Assembly: GCA_963666975.2 (NCBI GenBank)
Contig: CAXVYR010000004.1
Coordinates: forward strand, 384,001-448,000
Length of the DNA: 64,000 nt
Source: Terriglobia bacterium
Lineage (GTDB): Bacteria > Acidobacteriota > Terriglobia > 2-12-FULL-54-10
Direction: 5' to 3'
The first letter of the stretch is position 1. The number at the start of each line of letters is the position of its first letter. This document shows, piece by piece, positions 47,904-56,631 of this stretch. A program made the position numbers and the translations under genes. The notes beneath the pieces are model-generated. The model worked only from the letters and a program-made list of their open reading frames with translations. It had not been told where the DNA came from and did not search any database.

Positions 47904-48925
47904 AGGTTGGATGGCATCCTCGTGTTTTCCGTTTCCAGGGAGACAAGCTCCGGCGGCAAAGCGAACCGCACGTCTTCCGACACCGGCTCGACCTCCCGCA
48001 CCTTACCGAAACCCTGGCTTTTCAGAAAATCGACCACCTTCGCGACCAGGAACTCCGGCGCGGAGGCCCCGGCGGTGACGCCTACTGTCTGGACCTTTTC
48101 GAGCCACTGGATATCAATGGCCGTCTCATCTTCAATCAAATAAGAAGGCAACCCGGCGTTGGCAGCCACTTCCACCAAACGGTTGGAATTGGAACTATTG
48201 GAAGAGCCGACCACCAGCAGCAGACTACAAAGGGAAGCGACGGCTTTGACTGCTACCTGACGGTTCTCGGTGGCGTAACAGATGTCCTGAGCCGGGGGGC
48301 CCACAATGCCCGGATACTTTGCCTGCAACGCCGCAATGATGCCCTTGGTTTCCTCCAGGCTCAGCGTCGTCTGGGTGAGGTAAGCCACCCGTGAGGGGTC
48401 CGGCACGTTCAGGCTTTGGACTTCCTCCTCGGAACTGATCAGCCATGTCTGCCCCAGGGCTTCGCCCAGCGTTCCGATTACTTCATCGTGATCTTTGTGT
48501 CCGATCAAAACGATGGAGTATCCCTCGCGTGCAAAGCGAACAGCTTCCAGGTGCACTTTGGTAACCAGCGGACAGGTGGCGTCGATCACTTGCAGGCGCC
48601 GCTCGGCCGCCACGCGCCGAACATCGGGCGAAACGCCATGAGCGCTGAAGATGATCCGGGCTCCCTCCGGCACCTCCTCGATTGCATCGAGGAAAATTGC
48701 CCCCTTGCGGGAAAGGTCCACAACCACATGATGGTTATGGACGATCTCTTTCCGCACATAGATGGGCGCGCCGAAAGTTTCCAGGGCGATATTCACAATA
48801 TCAATCGCGCGGACCACGCCCGCGCAAAAACCCCTGGGCTTCAGCAGAACCACCGTCTTGGCAGCCGGCAAAGCGGCTGGTCCGGAGGTAGTCGCAGGAG
48901 AATCTTGGTCCAGCAAAGGATTCAA
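47900..48925 (-). CDS. ispH: 4-hydroxy-3-methylbut-2-enyl diphosphate reductase
   Basis: PRGFCAGVVRA, IVHN, SAHG, DATCPLVTKVH, QTTLS, ICYATENRQ, SSNSNRL, TAGASAP. Confidence 0.96.
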   Translation of the reverse strand: MNPLLDQDSPATTSGPAALPAAKTVVLLKPRGFCAGVVRAIDIVNIALETFGAPIYVRKEIVHNHHVVVDLSRKGAIFLDAIEEVPEGARIIFSAHGVSPDVRRVAAERRLQVIDATCPLVTKVHLEAVRFAREGYSIVLIGHKDHDEVIGTLGEALGQTWLISSEEEVQSLNVPDPSRVAYLTQTTLSLEETKGIIAALQAKYPGIVGPPAQDICYATENRQVAVKAVASLCSLLLVVGSSNSSNSNRLVEVAANAGLPSYLIEDETAIDIQWLEKVQTVGVTAGASAPEFLVAKVVDFLKSQGFGKVREVEPVSEDVRFALPPELVSLETENTRMPSNL

Positions 48926-48976
48926 AGGAAAGTCCCGTTCTTGTTGGAGTCGTGCTTTCAGGAAAGGAAACCAGCG

Positions 48977-50560
48977 CTATTTCTTCCGGGCAATAACTTG
49001 TTTCGCATTTTCCGACAAAGCAGCCGCCTGGGGCAGCAACTCAATCGCTTTTAGGATTTGGGTGTCTGCGCCCGCTTCCAACTTGTAAGCTTCATCCATA
49101 CCGAAAACAGACAGATACAGCTCTAGTTTAATGTTGTGCCGAATGTAGTCCAAATGCTCGGCAAAATCCGGCTCATCAAAGTCGATTTGCTGTTCCTGTA
49201 AAAACGCCCGGAATCGCTCCAGCACGGCATCATCGGCCTCAAAGCTCCGGGAGATCGACCGATTTTCGGCCAGGTACCGTTTTGCAAAATTGAAGAAGGC
49301 GTATCCCCGGGCGAGCAACTGCTGAAAGCGGTTGAGTTTGGATTCCGGGATTTCAAAGTCCGGAGTGATGCCGCCTCCGCCGTAAACAACCCGGCCGGCG
49401 TCGGTCAATTTCACCTCGGCGTTCGCGTGGCTATCGTCTTTATTGTAATAATATTCGTACAGCGATATGCCCGAGTATTCGCGCTGGATCAAGCGGCCGC
49501 TCGGCGTATAGTATTTCGCCGTCGTCAGCGCCAAGCCGGTATTTTCGCTGAGCGGATAGACGGTTTGGACGAGCCCTTTTCCAAAGCTGGCCTCTCCCAC
49601 TATCAATCCCCGGTCGTGGTCTTGAACGGCTCCGGCTACGATTTCGGCCGCGCTGGCAGAGAAGCGGTTGAGCAACACAACCAGCGGGAAGCGCTCCCCC
49701 CGGTTCCCGCGGGCTGCCGTGTACCGCTTTTCGCGGGAAGAGCGGCCCTTATGAGAAACAATCAGTTGCCCGCGGTCGAGAAACAGGCCGGCGACGTTCA
49801 CCCCTTCCTGCAGAAGTCCGCCGGGATTGTTGCGCAAATCCAGGACCAGCCCTTCCCAGGTGCTGGAATTGAGCTCCCGCATTTTCGCTCTCAATTCCCT
49901 GCTGGTGGTTTCATTGAAACTGGAAATCCGAATGTAGCCGATTTTCGGAGCGATCAGAAAGGCATGTTCGATGCTCAGCCGGGGAATCTCATCCCTCACA
50001 ATGACAAATTGCAAGGGCTCCAGATCCCCTTCGCGCGAAACCCGGATGCGAACCGTTGTCCCCCTGGGCCCCTTCAGCAGTTCCGCGACTTCTGTGGTGT
50101 TTAAGTTTTCTGTGGTCGTGTCGTCGACCTGGACAATGATGTCGCCGGGACGCAAACCTGCGCGGTAGGCCGGTGAGCCGACAAACGGAGCCAGCACGAT
50201 GGTCTTCCCGTTCCGCGGTGTCACCGTCATCCCGACGCCGTAGTAACGTCCTTTCTGCTCTTCGCGCAGCAGCTTGAAGCTCCTGGGATCGAAAAAGTTG
50301 GAGTGCGGATCCAAACTGTGGAGCATGCCGGGAATCGCTCCGCCATAGATGACTTTCTCGGCGTCAACGGGAGCTGCGTAATTTTCCTCTACGGCGCGGA
50401 GTACCTTGGAAATGCTCTCGAGACTTTCCTCGACTCCGGACCCGGCAGCAGCGCTCTCGGCGGTGACTCGAGCGCCGTAGAGCCCGCCGACTAAAGCGCA
50501 AATCAAAATAACGCTGCAAAAAACAAAAAAGCGGCGCACTTCAGAGCTCATTCGTTTCAT
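48977..50560 (-). CDS. S41 family carboxy-terminal processing protease
   Basis: LDPHS, PDZ domain, LDLRNNPGG, SASAAEI, FGKGLVQ, GGITPD. Confidence 0.94.
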   Translation of the reverse strand: MKRMSSEVRRFFVFCSVILICALVGGLYGARVTAESAAAGSGVEESLESISKVLRAVEENYAAPVDAEKVIYGGAIPGMLHSLDPHSNFFDPRSFKLLREEQKGRYYGVGMTVTPRNGKTIVLAPFVGSPAYRAGLRPGDIIVQVDDTTTENLNTTEVAELLKGPRGTTVRIRVSREGDLEPLQFVIVRDEIPRLSIEHAFLIAPKIGYIRISSFNETTSRELRAKMRELNSSTWEGLVLDLRNNPGGLLQEGVNVAGLFLDRGQLIVSHKGRSSREKRYTAARGNRGERFPLVVLLNRFSASAAEIVAGAVQDHDRGLIVGEASFGKGLVQTVYPLSENTGLALTTAKYYTPSGRLIQREYSGISLYEYYYNKDDSHANAEVKLTDAGRVVYGGGGITPDFEIPESKLNRFQQLLARGYAFFNFAKRYLAENRSISRSFEADDAVLERFRAFLQEQQIDFDEPDFAEHLDYIRHNIKLELYLSVFGMDEAYKLEAGADTQILKAIELLPQAAALSENAKQVIARKK

Positions 50561-50681
50561 TTATTTATTTCTCCTGCCCTTCTCTTACGGAAAGTATAGC
50601 ATAAAGATTGTTGACGGCATTCCCAATTTCGCCCGTACCAGCGCGGTAAGCAGTGCCTTTCTCAGGGTAACCGTCTCATCG

Positions 50682-50711
50682 TTGTCACCGTCCGTCCCTA
50701 TGTTGTATACT
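50682..50711 (+). promoter_or_regulatory. Sigma-70 promoter of the tRNA pair
   Basis: TTGTCA-N18-TATACT, 11 nt before tRNA-Gly. Confidence 0.6.
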
Positions 50712-50722
50712 TGGATCGGTTA

Positions 50723-50798
<76 letters not shown>

Positions 50799-50802
50799 TT
50801 GG

Positions 50803-50878
50803 GGCGCGGTACCCAAGTGGTTAAGGGAGAGGTCTGCAAAACCTTTATGCGGCGGTTCGAATCCGCCCCGCGCCTCCA
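50803..50878 (+). tRNA. tRNA-Cys(GCA)
   Basis: GGCGCGGTACCCAAGTGGTTAAGG...CTGCAAA...GGTTCGAATCC...CGCGCCTCCA. Confidence 0.97.
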
Positions 50879-50952
50879 ATTATTCAATGAGTTAGCCTCA
50901 CCTCTGGGAATCCATTAATCGCCAATGTAGCGGAAACTGTAGCGGGTGCCGG

Positions 50953-52047
50953 TCACTGCATGGACACCTGGGCGTCTTCGCCCTCATATTCGGCAATCTG
51001 TTTAGCGGCGGTGAATTCTTCTAATCGCCGCATTTCTGCGAATTGATGCTCCTCTGTCGGGTGAACGTATCGGAGCACCATCTGGATGCGCGAGTGCCCG
51101 AGCATTGCCGCTAAGGTCACAAGATCCATACCCGACATGGCCGCTCTGGTGGCCCAGGTGTGCCTCAAATCATACAGCCGGAAATAATTCACCTTGCTCT
51201 CCGTGAGTGCCAGCGTGTGTGCGTTATTCATTTTCAGGATGGGCCGGTTGGGATCGGTCCGCCCGGGAAAAGCGTAAGGGCTGCCATTGGCGGCGCTCAA
51301 ACGCTTTTTGAGAACTTCCCGAGCAGTCCTGTTCAGCCGAATCTTCCGTTTCGCCGCTTTGGTTTTTCCGTAAGGGTTGAAGAGGTAACTCTCCTTGAGG
51401 TGCACGTTCTCAACCCGGATTCGGTAAACTTCGTCCGGGCGCATACCCGTTTCCAGCATGATGACAGCCACGTCCTTGAGCGGTTGAGAGGCATTCGCAA
51501 GATATTTCCGCTGCTCTTTATAATTCAGCACGCGGGTTTGTTCGTTGTCTTCCTCTAGGAAATTTACGCGGCTGACCGGATTCTTAAGAACCACGTCGCC
51601 CTTTATTGCAAAGTTGAAAAGGGCCTTTAGGCAAGCCAATTCCCTGTTCACCGTGGCAGGCCGTAGTTTCTTTCCGGTTAACTGGCCGGTTTGTTCTCCT
51701 CGCTCTGCCTTGAACTTTTCCACATCTTCCGGAGTAATCCTATCGAGAGGCGCGTCTTTGAAATGCCGCAGGAGAGCCTTGCTGCTCGTGACGTAACGAA
51801 CATGAGTGCGCGGGTGCGCCCTGTGCTCCGTCCCAGACCACGCAAGGAAAGATTTCATCGCGCCTCGGAAGAAGGGAATGGATTTTGGCTCCATGATCCC
51901 CACCTCTCCCTTCGCAAGTGCGGTGCGACAGGCAGCTTCTATCTGCCGGGCCACTCGCGGATTGCCTTGCTTGGTGCTTTTCTGGACGTGCAGGCCGTTG
52001 AAAACGAAATGATACCAGTACGTCTTGCCTCGTTTGAAAATTGCCAT
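50953..52047 (-). CDS. Tyrosine recombinase/integrase
   Basis: N-terminal arm FKRGKTYWY, ATVNREL, ETGMR, YDLRHT, LGHS, MVLRY. Confidence 0.95.
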   Translation of the reverse strand: MAIFKRGKTYWYHFVFNGLHVQKSTKQGNPRVARQIEAACRTALAKGEVGIMEPKSIPFFRGAMKSFLAWSGTEHRAHPRTHVRYVTSSKALLRHFKDAPLDRITPEDVEKFKAERGEQTGQLTGKKLRPATVNRELACLKALFNFAIKGDVVLKNPVSRVNFLEEDNEQTRVLNYKEQRKYLANASQPLKDVAVIMLETGMRPDEVYRIRVENVHLKESYLFNPYGKTKAAKRKIRLNRTAREVLKKRLSAANGSPYAFPGRTDPNRPILKMNNAHTLALTESKVNYFRLYDLRHTWATRAAMSGMDLVTLAAMLGHSRIQMVLRYVHPTEEHQFAEMRRLEEFTAAKQIAEYEGEDAQVSMQ

Positions 52048-52282
52048 AATTACCTCCTAGCTAGATGAAATTTGGCTAAAGTCTTCTTCCCCATGATGGT
52101 GGCTCCCAGGGACGCTTTTCTAGGAGCGTGGTGATCTTTAATCTTTCCCGCGACGACCGTGAAGTCCTCGGATTAGGCGAACACGTCGCACCTGTCCACT
52201 TTCCCGACGCCGGTGACGACGCGAGGGCGGCCAGCTTCGAGATGCTCAAGAATCCCCCGGCGGCGTTTGTAGAATCCGAGGC

Positions 52283-52768
52283 TTATGCCTGCACCGCCAT
52301 CTGACTCTTGATGGCTCTGAGCATTGTCGTGACCGGTGCCGTGTTACCTGCCAGCATGTCTCGGCGGAGTTGTTCAGCTTTATCCTGGCCGAACATCTCC
52401 CTCACCAACTTGTCCAGTTCGATCACGCGCCGTAGAGTTCTGCCGGAAACTCTCGCCTCCGCTCCCGCCCTGTCGGTTAACCTGCCTAAGCGTTCTCGCT
52501 TGTGGGCCACGTGGCCCACTTTATCTGGAACGCTTTGGGTTCTGCCAAGCCATGCCAGTTTCCTGCATCGCGCCGTACAGTATTTCTTTGCTGAGCCGCG
52601 CCGTCTGCGTTGTGGGAGAGAGACACCGCAGTTAAGACAAACGACACCATCATGACGATCATCGTCCCCGAGCATGGCCGGAACCGCCTCCATGGGCAAC
52701 GAGGAAACCCGCTCCGGGTGCTCCAGTAGTTCGCTCAATCGTGGGATTGGAACGTGGTTCCTAGACAT
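52283..52768 (-). CDS. Hypothetical protein with a CxxC...CxxxC zinc finger and HTH-like segment
   Basis: CLNCG...KKYCTARCR; AEARVSGRTLRR. Confidence 0.55.
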   Translation of the reverse strand: MSRNHVPIPRLSELLEHPERVSSLPMEAVPAMLGDDDRHDGVVCLNCGVSLPQRRRRGSAKKYCTARCRKLAWLGRTQSVPDKVGHVAHKRERLGRLTDRAGAEARVSGRTLRRVIELDKLVREMFGQDKAEQLRRDMLAGNTAPVTTMLRAIKSQMAVQA

Positions 52769-52868
52769 TGGACACCTTCCGCTTAGGTTTATTTTGGCTT
52801 GGTTTTAGTCGCACCACCACACTCCGCCACGCTTGTATAGGCCACGGTTTCTTTTGTTGTTTGCCATT

Positions 52869-53447
52869 TCACTTTCTCCTCTTTTCGGATTTACTTCGAC
52901 TGGCTTTCTCGCCAAAAAGGTTTTGATCCGTTTGCCATCCTGCAATGGAGAGATCAAGCGAATCCAGGATCACTCCTAGGTGTATAAAAAAGGCGAGCCA
53001 CTTAAAAAGCCGCGTAAACCATCTAACGTCCCGAACAAGGCTGGCCAATTCAGCCTTTGTTAGATGACGAATCGGGGGGATATTAACCCTTACCCCGTCA
53101 AACTTACGGGGTAAAGGAGACGCCACACACGCTAGATAAACCTGCCGGTTCTTCTTTTGCAAAAGGTCGGAATGCTCCAGCAGATACGAGAGAACCTTCT
53201 TGGTTAGCCGGGGCTGTAGTCCCGCCTCCATCAGGTTTGCGGCAACCCCCAACAGATAGACCTCTTCGAGTGCATAAAGATTTGCCGCTCCCTTTCTGCC
53301 CGGTGCGCGAATGGATGGCTCAATCTGAAAAGGATTTCCCTTGCTCCAATTGCGCACTAGCGCGGGCGATATCTCCAGGATTTCGGCAATCTCCCGGCGA
53401 TCAAAGACTATCAATCGATGTCTGTTACGGGTGTTTGGGGTTGACAT
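52869..53447 (-). CDS. MerR-like HTH regulator (candidate element repressor)
   Basis: EIAEILEISPALVRNW...NLYALEEV; divergent from the xis-like genes. Confidence 0.7.
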   Translation of the reverse strand: MSTPNTRNRHRLIVFDRREIAEILEISPALVRNWSKGNPFQIEPSIRAPGRKGAANLYALEEVYLLGVAANLMEAGLQPRLTKKVLSYLLEHSDLLQKKNRQVYLACVASPLPRKFDGVRVNIPPIRHLTKAELASLVRDVRWFTRLFKWLAFFIHLGVILDSLDLSIAGWQTDQNLFGEKASRSKSEKRRK

Positions 53448-53541
53448 TTGGACTCCAGTATGCTAATGTAATCCAAGAAGTATAAAAATAGACTATTAAG
53501 TCCATCTCTAACCTAGGAAATTTTATATGAGGTCGAATGAG

Positions 53542-53769
53542 ATGTCAATAGAAATTTTGGCGATGGGTCTGAAAGAAGCTGCCGAAGCTGTGGGGCTCAG
53601 CCATTGGACCCTCAGAAAGCTAATCGCGGAAGACAAGCTGTCCGCCTTCCGGGTGGGGCGTCGGGTTTTGGTGGAACCGGAGGCCCTGCGGCAATTGGTC
53701 GAACGCGGCAAGGAAACTACGGAAACTCCCGGGCCAAGTGGAACCTCTCAAATGCAAGTGAAAGGATGA
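53542..53769 (+). CDS. Excisionase/AlpA-like HTH_17 protein
   Basis: LKEAAEAVGLSHWTLRKLI...RVGRRVLV. Confidence 0.82.
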   Translation: MSIEILAMGLKEAAEAVGLSHWTLRKLIAEDKLSAFRVGRRVLVEPEALRQLVERGKETTETPGPSGTSQMQVKG

Positions 53770-54041
53770 TCGAGTATATGGAGACAATCATGCCGGAACC
53801 CGAAACGGGAACACCACCGACGCTAACCAAACCAGTCGCACCCTTAGCCGTCACCATCCCGGAGGCTGCCCGGTTGCTGGGCCTGTCGCCGCATACAATC
53901 CGATTTTACGTCCGTAAGGGCAAGATCACCCCTGTCCGTTTCGGGCGTCGCGTCTCCATCCCGATGACGGAGATCGAGCGTCTGGCCCGCGAGGGTGTCC
54001 CGGCGAATCCAGAGACCCCCAGCAAGGAGGCAATCCAATGA
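53766..54041 (+). CDS. Second excisionase-like HTH_17 protein
   Basis: TIPEAARLLGLSPHTIRFYVRKG...RFGRRVSI; ATGA coupling to the previous gene. Confidence 0.82.
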   Translation: MIEYMETIMPEPETGTPPTLTKPVAPLAVTIPEAARLLGLSPHTIRFYVRKGKITPVRFGRRVSIPMTEIERLAREGVPANPETPSKEAIQ

Positions 54042-54253
54042 GCATGACGGGAATGGCGAGCACTAGCCCCCACAGAGACACCAACTCCATGAAAACCGTG
54101 CCTGAAGTCTTGCACGATTTGGAGGGGCAACGATTTTACGGCTCCGTAGAAATCAAGTATGAGGCAGGGCGAGTCGTCCTGCTGCGAAAGACCGAAACCA
54201 TCAAACCCGACCATCGGGACAACCGAGGTATCAAAGATGAGCACGGCACCTGA
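54038..54253 (+). CDS. Small DUF2292/YezD-like protein
   Basis: FYGSVEIKYEAGRVVLLRKTETIK; AAGGAGG RBS. Confidence 0.65.
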   Translation: MSMTGMASTSPHRDTNSMKTVPEVLHDLEGQRFYGSVEIKYEAGRVVLLRKTETIKPDHRDNRGIKDEHGT

Positions 54254-56174
54254 ACGAACCAGCCCTACACAAAATGGAGCCGAGAATCTACCGCCTGATG
54301 GTGTTTTTCCCGCTACTATTCGCCACTTGGGGCTCATGGGCAACAAGGTGGCACTTATGTTCGAGGTAGAGTGGGGCGACGGGGATCTGCATCGCTTTGA
54401 TCGACGAGTTAATCCACGCTCGAATAGCGGCAGGAAGTTGCTTCTTGCCGTGCGAATCAGTGCAGGTCTCTCGGATAAAGCGGATGACTCATCACTTGAA
54501 GGCAAGCGAATTTCGATCAAAGGAGAGCGAGCATACCGTGGCGGGACACTCGATTGGGTTGCGAAGCGTTTTCTACAGTTGGGGGAGCCCAGAGCGAGTG
54601 AGGTAGCTGAACCAGGGATTCAGCCAGATGAAAAGGACGCCCTCGCTGACCGGATGTTGAGGCACATGACAGACGCCAAATTCACCCGTGAAGGTGACGA
54701 CGTGATGATACTGCTCCCCGGCAGGAGCCCGATTCCCATTGACCCTAATTCGGATGATTACGGCTTGCTCCAGCATCAGCACACAGGTGTGGGAACACGG
54801 GAATATAAAGGGAAGGTTGTGGCACAAAGGGTGAAGTTCTTGGCAATGGCAAAGGCGGGTAGCTTCCGCACTGTTCAGTTTTCCTATGCCGACCAAGAGC
54901 AGGTATTGGTGCCGGTGGAAGGCGGAAAGGTCTTGCGCATAGGCGCAGATGGTTTCTCCATCTTGGAGAACGGCGCAAATGGATTTTGGCTTGCTCATCC
55001 CCGAAAAAACCCTTTGCCATGGCAGCCCGATGCCGATCCTCGTGAGGGGTTGGATAAGTTTGAGGAATTGCTGATCCAGACGCAACCCATCCCAATCGAA
55101 CCTATGCGCTTCATTCTGGGGTATGCGCTAGGCATCTTCCCATTTCTACGCCAGCTTGCGACCACGCGACCGATTTCGGAGCTGGGCGGCAGGCATGGGG
55201 AGGGCAAGACCTCAACCGGCCAGCGATACTTGACGCAGCACAGGCTGGGTAAAGTGAAGGGCAATTACTCATTGGCCCTGCGCGAACGTGATGGTGACGT
55301 AGGTTTGACCGTTATCGACAATGTGGAGACAGCGGACCTCAATAGGCACATAGAGAACTCGTTGTTGTACGCAGCCACTGGCGGCGAGTGGGGTAGAGTA
55401 GGGGCCGGGGCGAACTCAAATCATCCGGTCATCGCCGTGACTACTGTGGAGGGCGTTGCGAGGCGTCCAGAAACGGCCCGGCGTCTACTCAATCTCGACT
55501 TCCAGCGTGAGCACAAGGCTTGGCCGGAGGGTCAAATACTCGCCGATATCGAAAAACACGGCGGGCTAATCTTTCGGGGAATTGCAGAGGTGATTCGACT
55601 CACTATGGCCCAAGACCCAGTTCTTGAAACCAACATCATCCCCATGGTGGACTTCACCGACTACTGTCTTCTCGCCTATCGAGCATTGAGAGCCTACGAG
55701 CAAGTGGCCGAGAAACCTGCTGGTTTTGCCGACTCAATTTTTGAGGCATGGAACGATCAACAACATACCGACGAAGGAGAGGATTCGGCAGGCTCCTATC
55801 CGCGCTTACTGGATACATTGACGGCTCGGCAAGATGTGGGAAGCTTTGAGGACCTTGTTTACGGCCAGATTCAACGAAAGTCGAACTACACTCACGGCCA
55901 GGTCACGGGGGATTTGTTTGTGGCCTCGCCTAACGATTGGCTCACAGCGTTGAAGGATGTCGCATCCAGGGATCGGCACCATGGCCCGCTGCCAGGACGA
56001 CCTGAAGGGTTGCGCAGGCGGCTTGAGGGCTTAAACATTGAGGCCCACGGGTACAAGCTCCTCACGGACAAAGACGACAAGGACACCTTGGCCCGCCGTG
56101 GGTCGCGTCGGTTGTGGGGCATCCTGAAGGTGTCACTAGACAACCGTCAGTTGATAACTCGTTGCCATCATTAG
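54237..56174 (+). CDS. Replication-associated P-loop ATPase/helicase-like protein
   Basis: Walker A GRHGEGKTS, Walker B-like TVIDNVE, AATGG; follows xis genes and precedes origin-like repeats; C-terminus affected by a duplication. Confidence 0.72.
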   Translation: MSTAPERTSPTQNGAENLPPDGVFPATIRHLGLMGNKVALMFEVEWGDGDLHRFDRRVNPRSNSGRKLLLAVRISAGLSDKADDSSLEGKRISIKGERAYRGGTLDWVAKRFLQLGEPRASEVAEPGIQPDEKDALADRMLRHMTDAKFTREGDDVMILLPGRSPIPIDPNSDDYGLLQHQHTGVGTREYKGKVVAQRVKFLAMAKAGSFRTVQFSYADQEQVLVPVEGGKVLRIGADGFSILENGANGFWLAHPRKNPLPWQPDADPREGLDKFEELLIQTQPIPIEPMRFILGYALGIFPFLRQLATTRPISELGGRHGEGKTSTGQRYLTQHRLGKVKGNYSLALRERDGDVGLTVIDNVETADLNRHIENSLLYAATGGEWGRVGAGANSNHPVIAVTTVEGVARRPETARRLLNLDFQREHKAWPEGQILADIEKHGGLIFRGIAEVIRLTMAQDPVLETNIIPMVDFTDYCLLAYRALRAYEQVAEKPAGFADSIFEAWNDQQHTDEGEDSAGSYPRLLDTLTARQDVGSFEDLVYGQIQRKSNYTHGQVTGDLFVASPNDWLTALKDVASRDRHHGPLPGRPEGLRRRLEGLNIEAHGYKLLTDKDDKDTLARRGSRRLWGILKVSLDNRQLITRCHH

Positions 56175-56450
56175 ATGAGTTAGTGGCCTCGCCTAACGAT
56201 TGGCTAGCGTTGAAGGATGTCGCATCCAGGGATCGGCACCATGGCCCGCTGCCAGGACGACCTGAAGGGTTGCGCAGGCGGCTTGAGGGCTTAAACATTG
56301 AGGCCCACGGGTACAAGCTCCTCACGGAGACGACAAGGACACCTTGGCCCGCCGTGAAGGGAAAATATCGCGTCGGTTGTGGGGCATCCTGAAGGTGTCA
56401 CTAGACGAACCGTCACTTGATAACTCGTTGATATTAGATGAGTTAGTGGC
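55920..56450. repeat. Imperfect tandem duplication, period 263 bp
   Basis: Copy 1 starts at 55920 and copy 2 at 56183; both bounded by GTGGC; several small indels. Confidence 0.92.
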
Positions 56451-56631
56451 TAAATGACGGTAGTGACGGTTCTTTTCAGGTAGAGGCGGTATATATTATC
56501 AAACACATAACAGTAAACATCTCTTCTTCTTCTCTTCTTCTTCTTAAAACAACTGTCACTACTGTCACTAAATTGAATAACTTCTATTGTTATAATAAGT
56601 TACATCGGTGACGGTTGAGGTGACAGTAGCA
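56395..56631. other. Putative replication origin (iterons plus IHF-like sites)
   Basis: Repeated TGACGGT/TGACAGT in both orientations around an AT/CTT-rich core, flanked by TAAC...GTTA palindromes. Confidence 0.6.

Noticed and set aside
56062-56392. Small ORFs after rep
   Set aside because: Products of the 263-bp duplication.
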